This document shows, in pieces, positions 27,568 through 37,090 of a stretch of DNA of 64,000 nt. Under the pieces are notes generated by a model, which saw only the letters and a list, made by a program, of their open reading frames with translations, was not told the DNA's origin and did not search any database. The stretch is from positions 32,001-96,000 of IMG/VR virus record IMGVR_UViG_3300031800_000001; one strand, written 5' to 3'. Numbering within the stretch: position 1 is the first letter of the stretch; each line of letters opens with the position of its first letter. This DNA comes from a virus. Both the position numbers and the translations under genes were made by a program.

Positions 27568-29846
27568 AAGAACCACCCGAAGAGTATACGCTGGCTCTGG
27601 GAGACGTGATAGTTGGCTTACGCAAACTAGACGACAGAACATTTGCGCCCAAAAATTCCAAAATTTTCAACTCCGTTTTAATCAAAAATGAAAAATCATA
27701 CCTAACGGATAGGTTCAGAGTTTGCCTATCTACAGCAAACCAAGAAGAGGATATTCTAAATATACTGAATGATATAGAAGAAAAAATGGAAGGTAAAAAA
27801 TGGATTTTCTTCGTTGCCGATTATTCGAAGGGCGATGAGGCTTTCGAAAAAATAAAGCAACACACCACCTCTGCGGGTTCATTTTTCCCGATAAAGCTTA
27901 AACACTGTAAGGACGAGTTGTCCGCCGAAAAGGCTATAGGTAAAATATCTGACATCTACGAAGAAGAGTATCCATATAAGTTAGATTTTAGAAAAGAAAA
28001 CCCCTCAAAAATTGACCACAAAATACAAAGCTTTTGCTTCGTGGCCACAAAAGAAGTAAAAGAAGAAGCAGCAATTCTGATTAAAAGCCTCAGGGGATTT
28101 CATTCTGAGCCAATATATGTTGTTTGCGACAAGGAAACTGAATATTTCTTATCATGCATAGACTTGGACTTGAATGATATTTTCTTCAGGCTCGAAATGG
28201 AACAGAAGATTTTAGACGCTATAGACAAAAAATATAATTTTGAAAGAAAAAATAATTATCACCGGCCAGAATGCATCATAAAAAAAATGGACTGCATGAG
28301 TTACGCCTTGGAAAACCACGACAACGTGTTCTTTTTGGATAGCGACATGATTGTGTTAGATTCTCTTCAGGAGAAGTTCGACAAAGACATTTTCCTGTCT
28401 CCTCACTATCACAAGACGGGCACACCCGACTCGAACAACTCTGTTGATTATGGGTTCTTTAATGCAGGGTACGTGTTTTGTGCGAATTCAGATTTGCCAA
28501 ATTTCTGGAAGGACGCTTATATAAATGATTCTGATTTTTTTGAACAAGAATGCATGAACCAAATATGTGAGAAATTTGATGTCGGATTTTTTAGTAACCG
28601 TCACAACGTAGGGTTTTGGAGAAAAAACTTTAATGCAAAAATTGAACCAAAAAGTATACATGTCCACGCGGTAGATAACGAAAATTTACAAAGGAACGCT
28701 GGGCTCAAATCAGAAAACAATAAATTAAAATTAAAAACAATTAAACTGCTGCAGTCTAGCGAAAACGAAAACCATCACGAGATATTAGAATTTATAAATA
28801 AAATAGATAGCGGGTGGGGAGGGAGACAGGAGAGTTTTAGGTTCGCAACATCAAACCCCAATGGAAAAATAAACTTAGGTTTGCAAACCGTTTTCGATTC
28901 CCATAGGAGCGGCTGGAAATATGCTGTGAGCGCACTGGCTTCTTTACACAACAACAATGGAGTTTTGTTAGACGGATTCTTAGAGAATAATTTCGCTTGG
29001 CATTTAGAAGAATACAGGAGAGAAAGAAAAGTTATACCCTATAAAATCCCTTGGGTTGGGTTTTTCCATAACCCACAGAACATGCCGCCTTGGTTTTTCA
29101 ACAAGTATTCCTTACAGAACATTATTGCGGGAGATGAGTTCCAAGAAAGCCTCGAGCATTGCGTGGGGCTATTCACGTTATCGGAATATCATGCAAAATA
29201 CCTAAGGGAAACAACCGGCAAGACGGTATGCTCGCTTATTCATCCAACAGAAATACCCGAAACTCTTTTCGACTATGATAAATTTTTAAAAAATAAAAAC
29301 AAACAAATAGTAAACATTGGCTATTGGTTGAGAAAATTAAATTCCATCTACTCAATCCCCATAGCCTCAGGAAACGAATACGTTAAACTCAGGCTGATTC
29401 CCTATTCTTCTGCTAGACCGCTGGAAGTAATAGACAAGATGCTGCGGAAAGAAAAAGATATATACGACATAAGAATAGAACAAAAATATATAGAAAACAC
29501 AATAACAAAGAGCTCCCTTTCAAACGAAGACTACGATACACTTCTTTCCGAAAATATAGTCTTTTTAGATCTTTATGATTCTAGCGCAAATAACGCAGTG
29601 ATAGAGTGTATGGCTCGCGCAACGCCGCTCCTTGTTAACCCGCTGCCGGCAGTAATAGAATACTTGGGCAAGGATTATCCATTTTACTACGACTCCCTTG
29701 AGGAAGCCGCGGGAAAGGCCGAGAACTTTGAGCTAGTAAAAGAAACTCACGAATACCTTAAAGATTGCGAAATCAGAAAAAAATTATCTCAAGAGCATTT
29801 TAAAAAATCGTTTGAAGAAAGCGAAGTGTACGGTCTATTAAAATGA
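27555..29846 (+). CDS. multidomain glycosyltransferase
   Basis: Central GT-A domain (FFLDSDMIV DxD motif, FNAGYVF, FEQECMN); C-terminal GT-B-like domain (SANNAVIECMARATPLLVN...VIEYLG); degenerate GT2-like N-terminus. Confidence 0.78.
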   Translation: MEPIKEPPEEYTLALGDVIVGLRKLDDRTFAPKNSKIFNSVLIKNEKSYLTDRFRVCLSTANQEEDILNILNDIEEKMEGKKWIFFVADYSKGDEAFEKIKQHTTSAGSFFPIKLKHCKDELSAEKAIGKISDIYEEEYPYKLDFRKENPSKIDHKIQSFCFVATKEVKEEAAILIKSLRGFHSEPIYVVCDKETEYFLSCIDLDLNDIFFRLEMEQKILDAIDKKYNFERKNNYHRPECIIKKMDCMSYALENHDNVFFLDSDMIVLDSLQEKFDKDIFLSPHYHKTGTPDSNNSVDYGFFNAGYVFCANSDLPNFWKDAYINDSDFFEQECMNQICEKFDVGFFSNRHNVGFWRKNFNAKIEPKSIHVHAVDNENLQRNAGLKSENNKLKLKTIKLLQSSENENHHEILEFINKIDSGWGGRQESFRFATSNPNGKINLGLQTVFDSHRSGWKYAVSALASLHNNNGVLLDGFLENNFAWHLEEYRRERKVIPYKIPWVGFFHNPQNMPPWFFNKYSLQNIIAGDEFQESLEHCVGLFTLSEYHAKYLRETTGKTVCSLIHPTEIPETLFDYDKFLKNKNKQIVNIGYWLRKLNSIYSIPIASGNEYVKLRLIPYSSARPLEVIDKMLRKEKDIYDIRIEQKYIENTITKSSLSNEDYDTLLSENIVFLDLYDSSANNAVIECMARATPLLVNPLPAVIEYLGKDYPFYYDSLEEAAGKAENFELVKETHEYLKDCEIRKKLSQEHFKKSFEESEVYGLLK

Positions 29847-30979
29847 ACGGAGATAAAAGACACAAAATGGCAATCCGTAAAAGGATTAGGAAAGATAATT
29901 TCCTAGATTCCGAAGGGATAGTTAATACCCCCAGAAAGTCAGAAGGAAAATTTTGCAAGAATCCTTTTGACCAATTTGAAATTCACCCTAACGGTATGGT
30001 GTCTGTTTGCTGCATGAGTTGGCTTCCCGAGAAAATAGGAAACGTCAAAGAAGAAAGCGTTAAGGAGGTTTTCAACTCGGAAAAAGCACAGGAAATAAGA
30101 GAAAGCATATTGGATGGTTCTTTCAAATACTGCGATCACAAACTATGCCCATACATACAGAACGGATCTTTGCCGGACAAGGAAGAGGTTACTGATCCTC
30201 GTCATAAATCAATTATAAAAAACAACAAAACAAAAGACCTTGAGCCGACGTTTTATAATCTTTGCTATGATGAGTCCTGTAATTTAAGCTGCCCAAGCTG
30301 TAGAAAAAATAAGATTCTTTATTACGAGGGCAAAGTTTATGAAGAAAAGAAAAAAATACAAGATAATATAATAAAACATATCTTCGGAAAGCCTCACGAC
30401 AATTACTGCCTTATTAACGTAACTGGCTCGGGAGACCCATTCGGATCGAAGCTTTTTAGGGAACTGTTGTTTAGTATAGATGGAGAAAAATTTCCTAGGG
30501 TATTTTTTAATCTACAGACAAACGGGGTAATGTTCACCCCCAAGTATTGGGAAAAGATGAAAAGAATACAAAAAAACATCAACACAGTTATGGTTTCATA
30601 TGACGCCGGAACACCAGAAACATATAAGATTACCCGCAGGGGAGGGGATTGGGATCAGCTTCAAAAAAATATGAAATTTCTGAGCTCTCTAAGACAAAAA
30701 GGTCTTATCAATGAGCTAAGAATAGACTGCGTTGTCCAAAAAGCTAACTACAAAGAATTAGATAAGCTAGTGAAGATAGGTTTAGACTTGAAAGTGGATA
30801 AAGTATTTTTTTCGCTACTCGTAGATTGGGGCACATGGACACCCGAAATATACAAACAAAATTGTATATGGAAAAAAACACATCCAGAATTTGAAGAATT
30901 TACAAAGGCTTTGCTGAATCCAATTTTCAATGACCCGATTGTGGACTTAGGAAATTTAACGGAATACAAAAAATGTTAG
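29843..30979 (+). CDS. radical SAM protein with N-terminal SPASM/twitch domain
   Basis: CNLSCPSC, TGSGDPF, LQTNG, SYDAG and TRRGG; N-terminal C..PF...G.VSVCC...IGN...YC...C. Confidence 0.88.
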   Translation: MNGDKRHKMAIRKRIRKDNFLDSEGIVNTPRKSEGKFCKNPFDQFEIHPNGMVSVCCMSWLPEKIGNVKEESVKEVFNSEKAQEIRESILDGSFKYCDHKLCPYIQNGSLPDKEEVTDPRHKSIIKNNKTKDLEPTFYNLCYDESCNLSCPSCRKNKILYYEGKVYEEKKKIQDNIIKHIFGKPHDNYCLINVTGSGDPFGSKLFRELLFSIDGEKFPRVFFNLQTNGVMFTPKYWEKMKRIQKNINTVMVSYDAGTPETYKITRRGGDWDQLQKNMKFLSSLRQKGLINELRIDCVVQKANYKELDKLVKIGLDLKVDKVFFSLLVDWGTWTPEIYKQNCIWKKTHPEFEEFTKALLNPIFNDPIVDLGNLTEYKKC

Positions 30980-31680
30980 TATTTAATAAATTAAAATGCG
31001 TGTTCACGCCCATATTGAAAGTGGGCACGAATAGTTTTTTTTACTATTGGGGAGACGTAATGTATGGAGAAGAAGACTCCTTGGTTAAGAAAGTGAAAAA
31101 AGGCACTGGTGGAGGTCACTCCACCAAACTTAGACATAGGGTTAAGAGGGATTTTAACGTGGAGTGGGACCCATCGGTTCGAGAGTCTGTTGCGGGCTAT
31201 TATAAATTTGCTTTTGTAAGAAATCCGTGGGTCAGGGCCGTGTCGGCTTTTCGGGAACTAATAAGGCGGTATCCATTTGGGCAAACCGTGGTAAACGAAG
31301 AAGCGGGGTTAACTTATTACGAAATATATGATTTAATGGATGGGCATGTGGATTTTGAAAATTTTATTAATTTTGTCGTAAATAGAGAAAGGGATCACAC
31401 AAATGTAATTAATGGGCATTGGAGAACGCAAGTCGTGACTCTTTGTATGCATCATAAGGAAGGAGCTATGGAATATGATTTTTTTGGTAAATTGGAAAAT
31501 GTTGATGATGATCTAAATAAGGCTCAAAAGCGTTTGGGTCTTGAAGAAACTAAATTATCCAAAGAGCATGAAACTGCGGCATACGATTATAAATTGTACT
31601 ACAAAAACAAAAAAATAATCGACATGGTCGGGGAATATTATAAAGAAGACATAGAGAAATTCGGTTATGATTTCGCATAA
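30973..31680 (+). CDS. sulfotransferase family 2 (carbohydrate sulfotransferase-like)
   Basis: 5'-PSB PILKVGTNS, 3'-PB FVRNPWVRAVSA, HWRTQ, GKLEN and YYKEDIEKFGY. Confidence 0.88.
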   Translation: MLVFNKLKCVFTPILKVGTNSFFYYWGDVMYGEEDSLVKKVKKGTGGGHSTKLRHRVKRDFNVEWDPSVRESVAGYYKFAFVRNPWVRAVSAFRELIRRYPFGQTVVNEEAGLTYYEIYDLMDGHVDFENFINFVVNRERDHTNVINGHWRTQVVTLCMHHKEGAMEYDFFGKLENVDDDLNKAQKRLGLEETKLSKEHETAAYDYKLYYKNKKIIDMVGEYYKEDIEKFGYDFA

Positions 31681-32302
31681 GCATAAAATAATTTTCGTGC
31701 CCATCCCAAAGAACGCCAGCCGCTCTATCGCTTTTCTTATTAATGGGGATGAATCGGATTATGGACACTCTACTGCCAAGGGTCTAATGAGAAAGCATAG
31801 GGAATATTGGGATGATTATTATAAGTTTTGTGTGGTAAGAAACCCTTATGATAGGATTGTGTCTGCATATCATCATTTCAAAACCACGCAATTCAAGCGA
31901 GGCGTAAGGGGTTCGAAGCCAAGGCGTATGCAGAATTTACTTAAACAATATTCGGGTTTTCAGGATTTTGTTTTGAATTATCTTAAAGACGCAGAGTTGG
32001 TTCAGTTCCGTTTAGTGTCGGGGGCTGATATTTCCATCAGCCCTACTGTGCATTTTTACCCTCAAATTATGTGGCTGTTAAACTCAAATGGTAAAATAAA
32101 TGACAATATAAATATATTTAAATTTGAAAAATTAGACGAAGTAGTACAAAAGCTAACGACAGAATACGATATGTCTAACGAGTTTGGCCACCTCAACAAG
32201 GGCAAACGAAACCACTACTCTGAATACTACACAGACGAGCTTTATGAAGTTATTTACAAGAAGTACCAAAAAGACTTCGAGTTATTAGGCTATGACAGAT
32301 AA
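31667..32302 (+). CDS. sulfotransferase family 2
   Basis: PIPKNASRS, VVRNPYDRIVSA, HFYPQ, FKFE and YQKDFELLGY. Confidence 0.9.
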   Translation: MISHKHKIIFVPIPKNASRSIAFLINGDESDYGHSTAKGLMRKHREYWDDYYKFCVVRNPYDRIVSAYHHFKTTQFKRGVRGSKPRRMQNLLKQYSGFQDFVLNYLKDAELVQFRLVSGADISISPTVHFYPQIMWLLNSNGKINDNINIFKFEKLDEVVQKLTTEYDMSNEFGHLNKGKRNHYSEYYTDELYEVIYKKYQKDFELLGYDR

Positions 32303-33623
32303 AATTTATTGCACCAGAGCTTTTGATCATGTTCAATTATTGGACAATGGAGAAATGACACCGTGTTGTCCTCCGTGGGTTGATCATTATTCTATAGGCA
32401 ATATAAATGAACAATCATATGAGGAAATTTGGAACGGCGAAAAAGCTCAAAAATTTAGGGAGTCCATATTAGACGGCTCTTTTCGATATTGTAACGCTAA
32501 ATCTTGTCCACATTTACAATCCCAAACACATTGCGTCGGGACAGTAAAACAATTAAAACAACGCAAATTAATAAATGATTCAATACTTTACGACATACTG
32601 CATGAAGATGTCGTTTTAAATCATGGGCCTCATGAAATACAATTTTGTTACGACAGATCATGCAATCTATCTTGTCCATCATGCAGGAGAGGAATAATAA
32701 TGGTTTCTGGCAAAAAGAAACAAAAATTGTTAGATATGCAAAACAAGCTACAAGCAGACTTTCTAAAAGACGCGGATCGACTTATCGTTACTGGATCTGG
32801 AGACGCATTTGCTAGTCCTATTTTTCGAAAATTCCTGCAAACATTCACAAAAGAACAAGCGCCGAAGCTGCGGCATATAAATATATTGACAAACGGCTTA
32901 CTCATTAAGAAGCACTGGGCAACGCTTAGCGAGTATGCCAAGGAAAAAATTCAATACATTAGCGTATCTATAGACGCAGCAACGCCGGAAACATATACTA
33001 TAAACAGGAGGGGTGGAGACTGGAATTTGCTACATGAAAATTTAAAATTTGTTGAAGACTTGAAGGCTGCTAATGAAATTAAAGCATTTCAGACTAGTAT
33101 CGTGGTACAAGATAATAATTTTCGTGAACTGTTTGATTTTATTTTAATGTGTGAAAAATATGCCGTGGACTCTGTTCAGTTGCAAATTATTGAGCCAGAT
33201 TTTATACGGGATTTGGGATACGGTGATTATCTTGAGGAATGGATTCAAAAAGCTGTCCACGAAAAGGTTCATCCTAATCATAACGAATTATTAAACATTC
33301 TCAAAGATGACTTCTTTAATATTTATATAAACAGATATAACGGTGAAGCTCCAGCCGGAACAGCCGTTTCAATGGGTCAATTGTTTAATTTAAGAAACGG
33401 TAGCGATATATCGCAATATGATCAACTACTAGAAGAAGAAGAAAAACTAAAGTTAGCTAAAAAAAGCTCGCTAAAGGACATATGGTACAATAACAAAGTT
33501 TATTTTGTCGCTCCCGAAACCCTGAAAAAAATAAACGGAACCGACACAGCCAAGCTACCAACGGGAGAAACGATCATCTGGGACGAAGATAAAGAGAAGT
33601 GGGCAAAATACCATGCCTATTAA
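32292..33623 (+). CDS. radical SAM protein with N-terminal SPASM/twitch domain
   Basis: CNLSCPSC, TGSGDAF, ILTNG, SIDAA and NRRGG; N-terminal CTRAF...PCC...IGN...YC...C. Paralogue of 29843..30979. Confidence 0.88.
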   Translation: MTDKIYCTRAFDHVQLLDNGEMTPCCPPWVDHYSIGNINEQSYEEIWNGEKAQKFRESILDGSFRYCNAKSCPHLQSQTHCVGTVKQLKQRKLINDSILYDILHEDVVLNHGPHEIQFCYDRSCNLSCPSCRRGIIMVSGKKKQKLLDMQNKLQADFLKDADRLIVTGSGDAFASPIFRKFLQTFTKEQAPKLRHINILTNGLLIKKHWATLSEYAKEKIQYISVSIDAATPETYTINRRGGDWNLLHENLKFVEDLKAANEIKAFQTSIVVQDNNFRELFDFILMCEKYAVDSVQLQIIEPDFIRDLGYGDYLEEWIQKAVHEKVHPNHNELLNILKDDFFNIYINRYNGEAPAGTAVSMGQLFNLRNGSDISQYDQLLEEEEKLKLAKKSSLKDIWYNNKVYFVAPETLKKINGTDTAKLPTGETIIWDEDKEKWAKYHAY

Positions 33624-34284
33624 CAGAAAAAGCGAGTTGCTCTTCATTCACATCCCCAAAACAGGCGGAACAAAAATAGAAGAAATACTAGATATGAAAT
33701 TCGCGGGGGATGACCCTAAGGTTTCAAGCGAAAAACTATATGGGTTTGTAAGAATATACGACGAACTCCATGAACTACAGCACTTAACATACAAACAAAC
33801 ATTAGATTTTGGGCTGGTCGACAAAAGCCTGTTCGATAAATGCTATAAATTCGCATTCGTCAGAAATCCGCTTGACAGGGTTGTGTCTGAATATTTTTGG
33901 TTAGGATACAAATACTTTTCTAAGTTCGAGGACTTCGTTGAGTTTTTACATAAGAGAAAAGGAGAACCGGATGTTCGCGGTACTGTAGAAAATTACATGT
34001 CTCTCGACTGGCTTTTAAATTCCCCCTTCTATGCGCCCCAACATAAATTCATTTGCGACAGAAGAGGTAAATTAATGGTTGATTTTTTAGGCAGATTTGA
34101 AAACTTCCCTAAAGATTTAGCTACCCTATTGGACAATCTAGGAGTGGAATACGACGAAGAATTTTTATTTAAAAAAGTAAATGCTACGAAACACGAAAAA
34201 TATACCACTTACTACAACAAAAAAACAAGAGACATGGTTAAATCCATATATAAGAGAGATTTCGAAATATTTGGTTACGAATAA
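33613..34284 (+). CDS. sulfotransferase family 2
   Basis: HIPKTGGTK, FVRNPLDRVVSE, GRFEN and YKRDFEIFGY. Confidence 0.9.
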   Translation: MPINRKSELLFIHIPKTGGTKIEEILDMKFAGDDPKVSSEKLYGFVRIYDELHELQHLTYKQTLDFGLVDKSLFDKCYKFAFVRNPLDRVVSEYFWLGYKYFSKFEDFVEFLHKRKGEPDVRGTVENYMSLDWLLNSPFYAPQHKFICDRRGKLMVDFLGRFENFPKDLATLLDNLGVEYDEEFLFKKVNATKHEKYTTYYNKKTRDMVKSIYKRDFEIFGYE

Positions 34285-34298
34285 GTGTAAATATCAGT

Positions 34299-34550
34299 AT
34301 GCCTTACTATGACAGCGTAAACCTACTCAAAACTAACTGTACAGTGGAATGGGATGGTGACCCCGGCAAAAAGATCTGCTCTGCTCGCGGAGGAGAGTTA
34401 ATACATCCCGGGTGGCCCCTACAGAGAGATGTCAGGGCCAGAACAAGAAGATTAGACATAGACAGACTGGGGTCAATAAGGTACGACCAGCCCGGGAGAA
34501 GGGTTTCTGACGGTAAGTTTCCACGTTTTACAGAACAATGGATTAGTTAA
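34299..34550 (+). CDS. hypothetical protein
   Basis: GTGTAA at 34285-34290, 8 nt upstream. Confidence 0.6.
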   Translation: MPYYDSVNLLKTNCTVEWDGDPGKKICSARGGELIHPGWPLQRDVRARTRRLDIDRLGSIRYDQPGRRVSDGKFPRFTEQWIS

Positions 34551-34576
34551 GCTCTTTCCGGTGTAATCTTAATTGT

Positions 34577-35086
34577 ATGAAAGCCGTAGATATTGCAGAC
34601 CAAATCCACAGAGAATTAGGAAGCCCGACAGACCTAGGCATAGCCGCTATAGCATTTTGGGTACGCACAAACATTGGCGCGCTGAATAACTACCTGAATA
34701 CCAGCTATGCAATTAATCAATCTTCGTATGAAATAGAGAGAGATATCAATGGTACAGCAACCGCAATAGGTATTAATGAAGGGGGTATACTCAAAAAAAT
34801 GTATACAATACACTATTACGACAATAAACTGAGGAGCGTATTATCCGCAGCAACCTCAGATGCGGTTATCGCTTTGTCTTCAGACGGGTCATCAATTAAA
34901 AAGATTAACAAAAACGAACAAGCAAAGCTCTATGCGACCATACGCGGCGCAAGCCAATCAGAATTGGAGCGCATGGTGGGTCAATACAAGCTGAACGACG
35001 TACAACCATTACAGGTGGCAGGGGACGACGATCAATCGGCGTATATACTTCCGAATAGAGAATATGTAAGAATTAGGAAATACTAA
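34577..35086 (+). CDS. putative head-tail adaptor
   Basis: Position at the start of the neck/tail block; helical; GTGTAA at 34561-34566. Confidence 0.55.
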   Translation: MKAVDIADQIHRELGSPTDLGIAAIAFWVRTNIGALNNYLNTSYAINQSSYEIERDINGTATAIGINEGGILKKMYTIHYYDNKLRSVLSAATSDAVIALSSDGSSIKKINKNEQAKLYATIRGASQSELERMVGQYKLNDVQPLQVAGDDDQSAYILPNREYVRIRKY

Positions 35087-35088
35087 TT

Positions 35089-35529
35089 ATGGCGAGCTTA
35101 GTATCAGCAGACGAAATCAACTCGTTCACGGGTGATTTTCAGAATTTATTTGACACTTTTAAGAGGTCGATCACGGTGCACAAGGCACCTAAAAAGATCA
35201 TTAACCAAATAAATACTGATTTTTTACATGGTTACGGCGATTCATCTGATCAGGTTAATTATACATATTCTCCGGTGTCTAAAGCTTTTGATTGCATGGT
35301 GCTATACAAAGACAGACAGGAGGCAGACGAAATGGAAAATATTAACTTAACCTATTTCGCCGGAGACATAAGAATAAAGGTCGACGAAGAAACGAAAGAC
35401 TACATACGAAACGGAAAAACAGAAAAGATTTCAGTAGACGGAAAAGACTTTCAGCTAATGACTGAAGAATCTGTGAAGTATTTTTTCGGAATAAAGCTTT
35501 ATGTTTTTCATCTACAATTTACCAAGTAA
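35089..35529 (+). CDS. putative head closure/stopper protein
   Basis: Size, beta-rich pattern and synteny. Confidence 0.5.
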   Translation: MASLVSADEINSFTGDFQNLFDTFKRSITVHKAPKKIINQINTDFLHGYGDSSDQVNYTYSPVSKAFDCMVLYKDRQEADEMENINLTYFAGDIRIKVDEETKDYIRNGKTEKISVDGKDFQLMTEESVKYFFGIKLYVFHLQFTK

Positions 35530-36116
35530 TGAGAATAAACCCAATAAAAATCAAAAGAAAGATAGTAAGGAACATAAAAAAAGTTCCTGAAAGGGTTAAA
35601 ATAGAGGCTCAAAGAAAGTTTAACCGAGCAAAACGAGAAATGATAACTGAATTTGAAAGCCACCCGATTACTCAAGAGCTAGAAGGCGGACCTATGGGAG
35701 GAAACGTCTCTGGCACGCTTGGAGGAGTAGGAAATCTATTTAGTTTCATAGGTTTTCAAGAAGGATCAAATCCAATAGCTACGCTAAGAGAGATGCTAAA
35801 TAATTACCGGATCAATATTATGTCACCAAAGATAATTAAAAGAAGTTCCGGGGTAGACTTTCAATTTAGGGTAACTGGCCCAAGTATGGCAGAAATTGAA
35901 GCAGCAACATATCTAAGTTGGCTTGGGAAAAGTTGGGTAAGAGGCGTAGAAAGAGGTATGACTGGGTTGGGAAACTATTTAGCGCTGATGGGAGCAATCG
36001 GAAGTAGATCAGGAGGGGGTATACAGGCAAAAACATCATATAGGGGAGGAGCCTATAGGCCCACTAAATACATGAGTTCGTTATTGAGAACGTTCTTTTT
36101 AAATTTTAGAAGATAA
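35529..36116 (+). CDS. putative neck/tail completion protein
   Basis: Basic protein in the position of HK97-gp10-like genes. Confidence 0.5.
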   Translation: MRINPIKIKRKIVRNIKKVPERVKIEAQRKFNRAKREMITEFESHPITQELEGGPMGGNVSGTLGGVGNLFSFIGFQEGSNPIATLREMLNNYRINIMSPKIIKRSSGVDFQFRVTGPSMAEIEAATYLSWLGKSWVRGVERGMTGLGNYLALMGAIGSRSGGGIQAKTSYRGGAYRPTKYMSSLLRTFFLNFRR

Positions 36117-37031
36117 ATGAAAGCACAATTTGACAATAAAGTGATGTCCAGCTTCTTGCTGTGGTTCGACCACACGCTGCTTAGAGAAGGCGAAGCGTTT
36201 ACGGACATCTCTAGTTGGTTTTACCCCGTGGAGAGCCTACATAATAACCTGTATACATACGGTGCCCCATTCAAGCAGTTCGTAAGTGATTTTTCTATAA
36301 CAGGAACCGGCGCGGCATTCGCCAACAGAACAGTACAGATTCCTACCGGAATCTATCTAGATGGTTCGCTCATAGGAACGGGGACAAGCAATTTTAGTGG
36401 CATGAGTTACGAGCAGGGGCAAGTTTATTTTGGCACAGAAATAACAACCCCCGAAACAAGGCTGAGTGGTGATTATGCCGTAAAGGATTTCAATGTATAT
36501 CTAACTAACGAGCCAGAAGAAAAATTGCTTTTTGAGACGAAGTTCCACCTAAGGCCTAAAACCGCCGAAACACAAACAGGCTTAGCTTCTAACGCGATAA
36601 CCTATCCAGCTATTTTTTTAAGATATAACGGTTCCCACAGTGAACCATTGGCGTTTGGCGGGTATGACATGACGACCATAAATCTAAGGGCGGTAGTCTT
36701 GGCGGATAATCAATTTAATTTAGACGCTGTTTGTTCCATAATGAGGGACAAGGTAAGAACATTTTTTACGTTATTTGGTACAGGGGATATGCCTTACAAC
36801 ACTCTTGGTGACTATAAAAGCGGTGTGCCTTGGAGCTATACCGGAAAGAAAGCAAGTTATGAAGAAAACAGTTACATTTTCATAGAAAACGTAGGAATTT
36901 CTAAATTTTCTAGAGATGTGAACGTTAAGGTAAATAATTTGAACCCGGATGTCTTTAATGGTGTAATTGACTTTGAGGTTACGAAACCTAGGTATCCTCG
37001 AAAGGCTAATAGAAATCAGGATTTACAATAA
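36117..37031 (+). CDS. putative tail terminator/structural protein
   Basis: Immediately upstream of the tail tube gene; YPAIFL motif. Confidence 0.5.
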   Translation: MKAQFDNKVMSSFLLWFDHTLLREGEAFTDISSWFYPVESLHNNLYTYGAPFKQFVSDFSITGTGAAFANRTVQIPTGIYLDGSLIGTGTSNFSGMSYEQGQVYFGTEITTPETRLSGDYAVKDFNVYLTNEPEEKLLFETKFHLRPKTAETQTGLASNAITYPAIFLRYNGSHSEPLAFGGYDMTTINLRAVVLADNQFNLDAVCSIMRDKVRTFFTLFGTGDMPYNTLGDYKSGVPWSYTGKKASYEENSYIFIENVGISKFSRDVNVKVNNLNPDVFNGVIDFEVTKPRYPRKANRNQDLQ

Positions 37032-37090
37032 CAAAAAAAGTTTTCCCTAAAAACTAAAAAATATGTAATAAAAAGAAAGGATTATAAATC

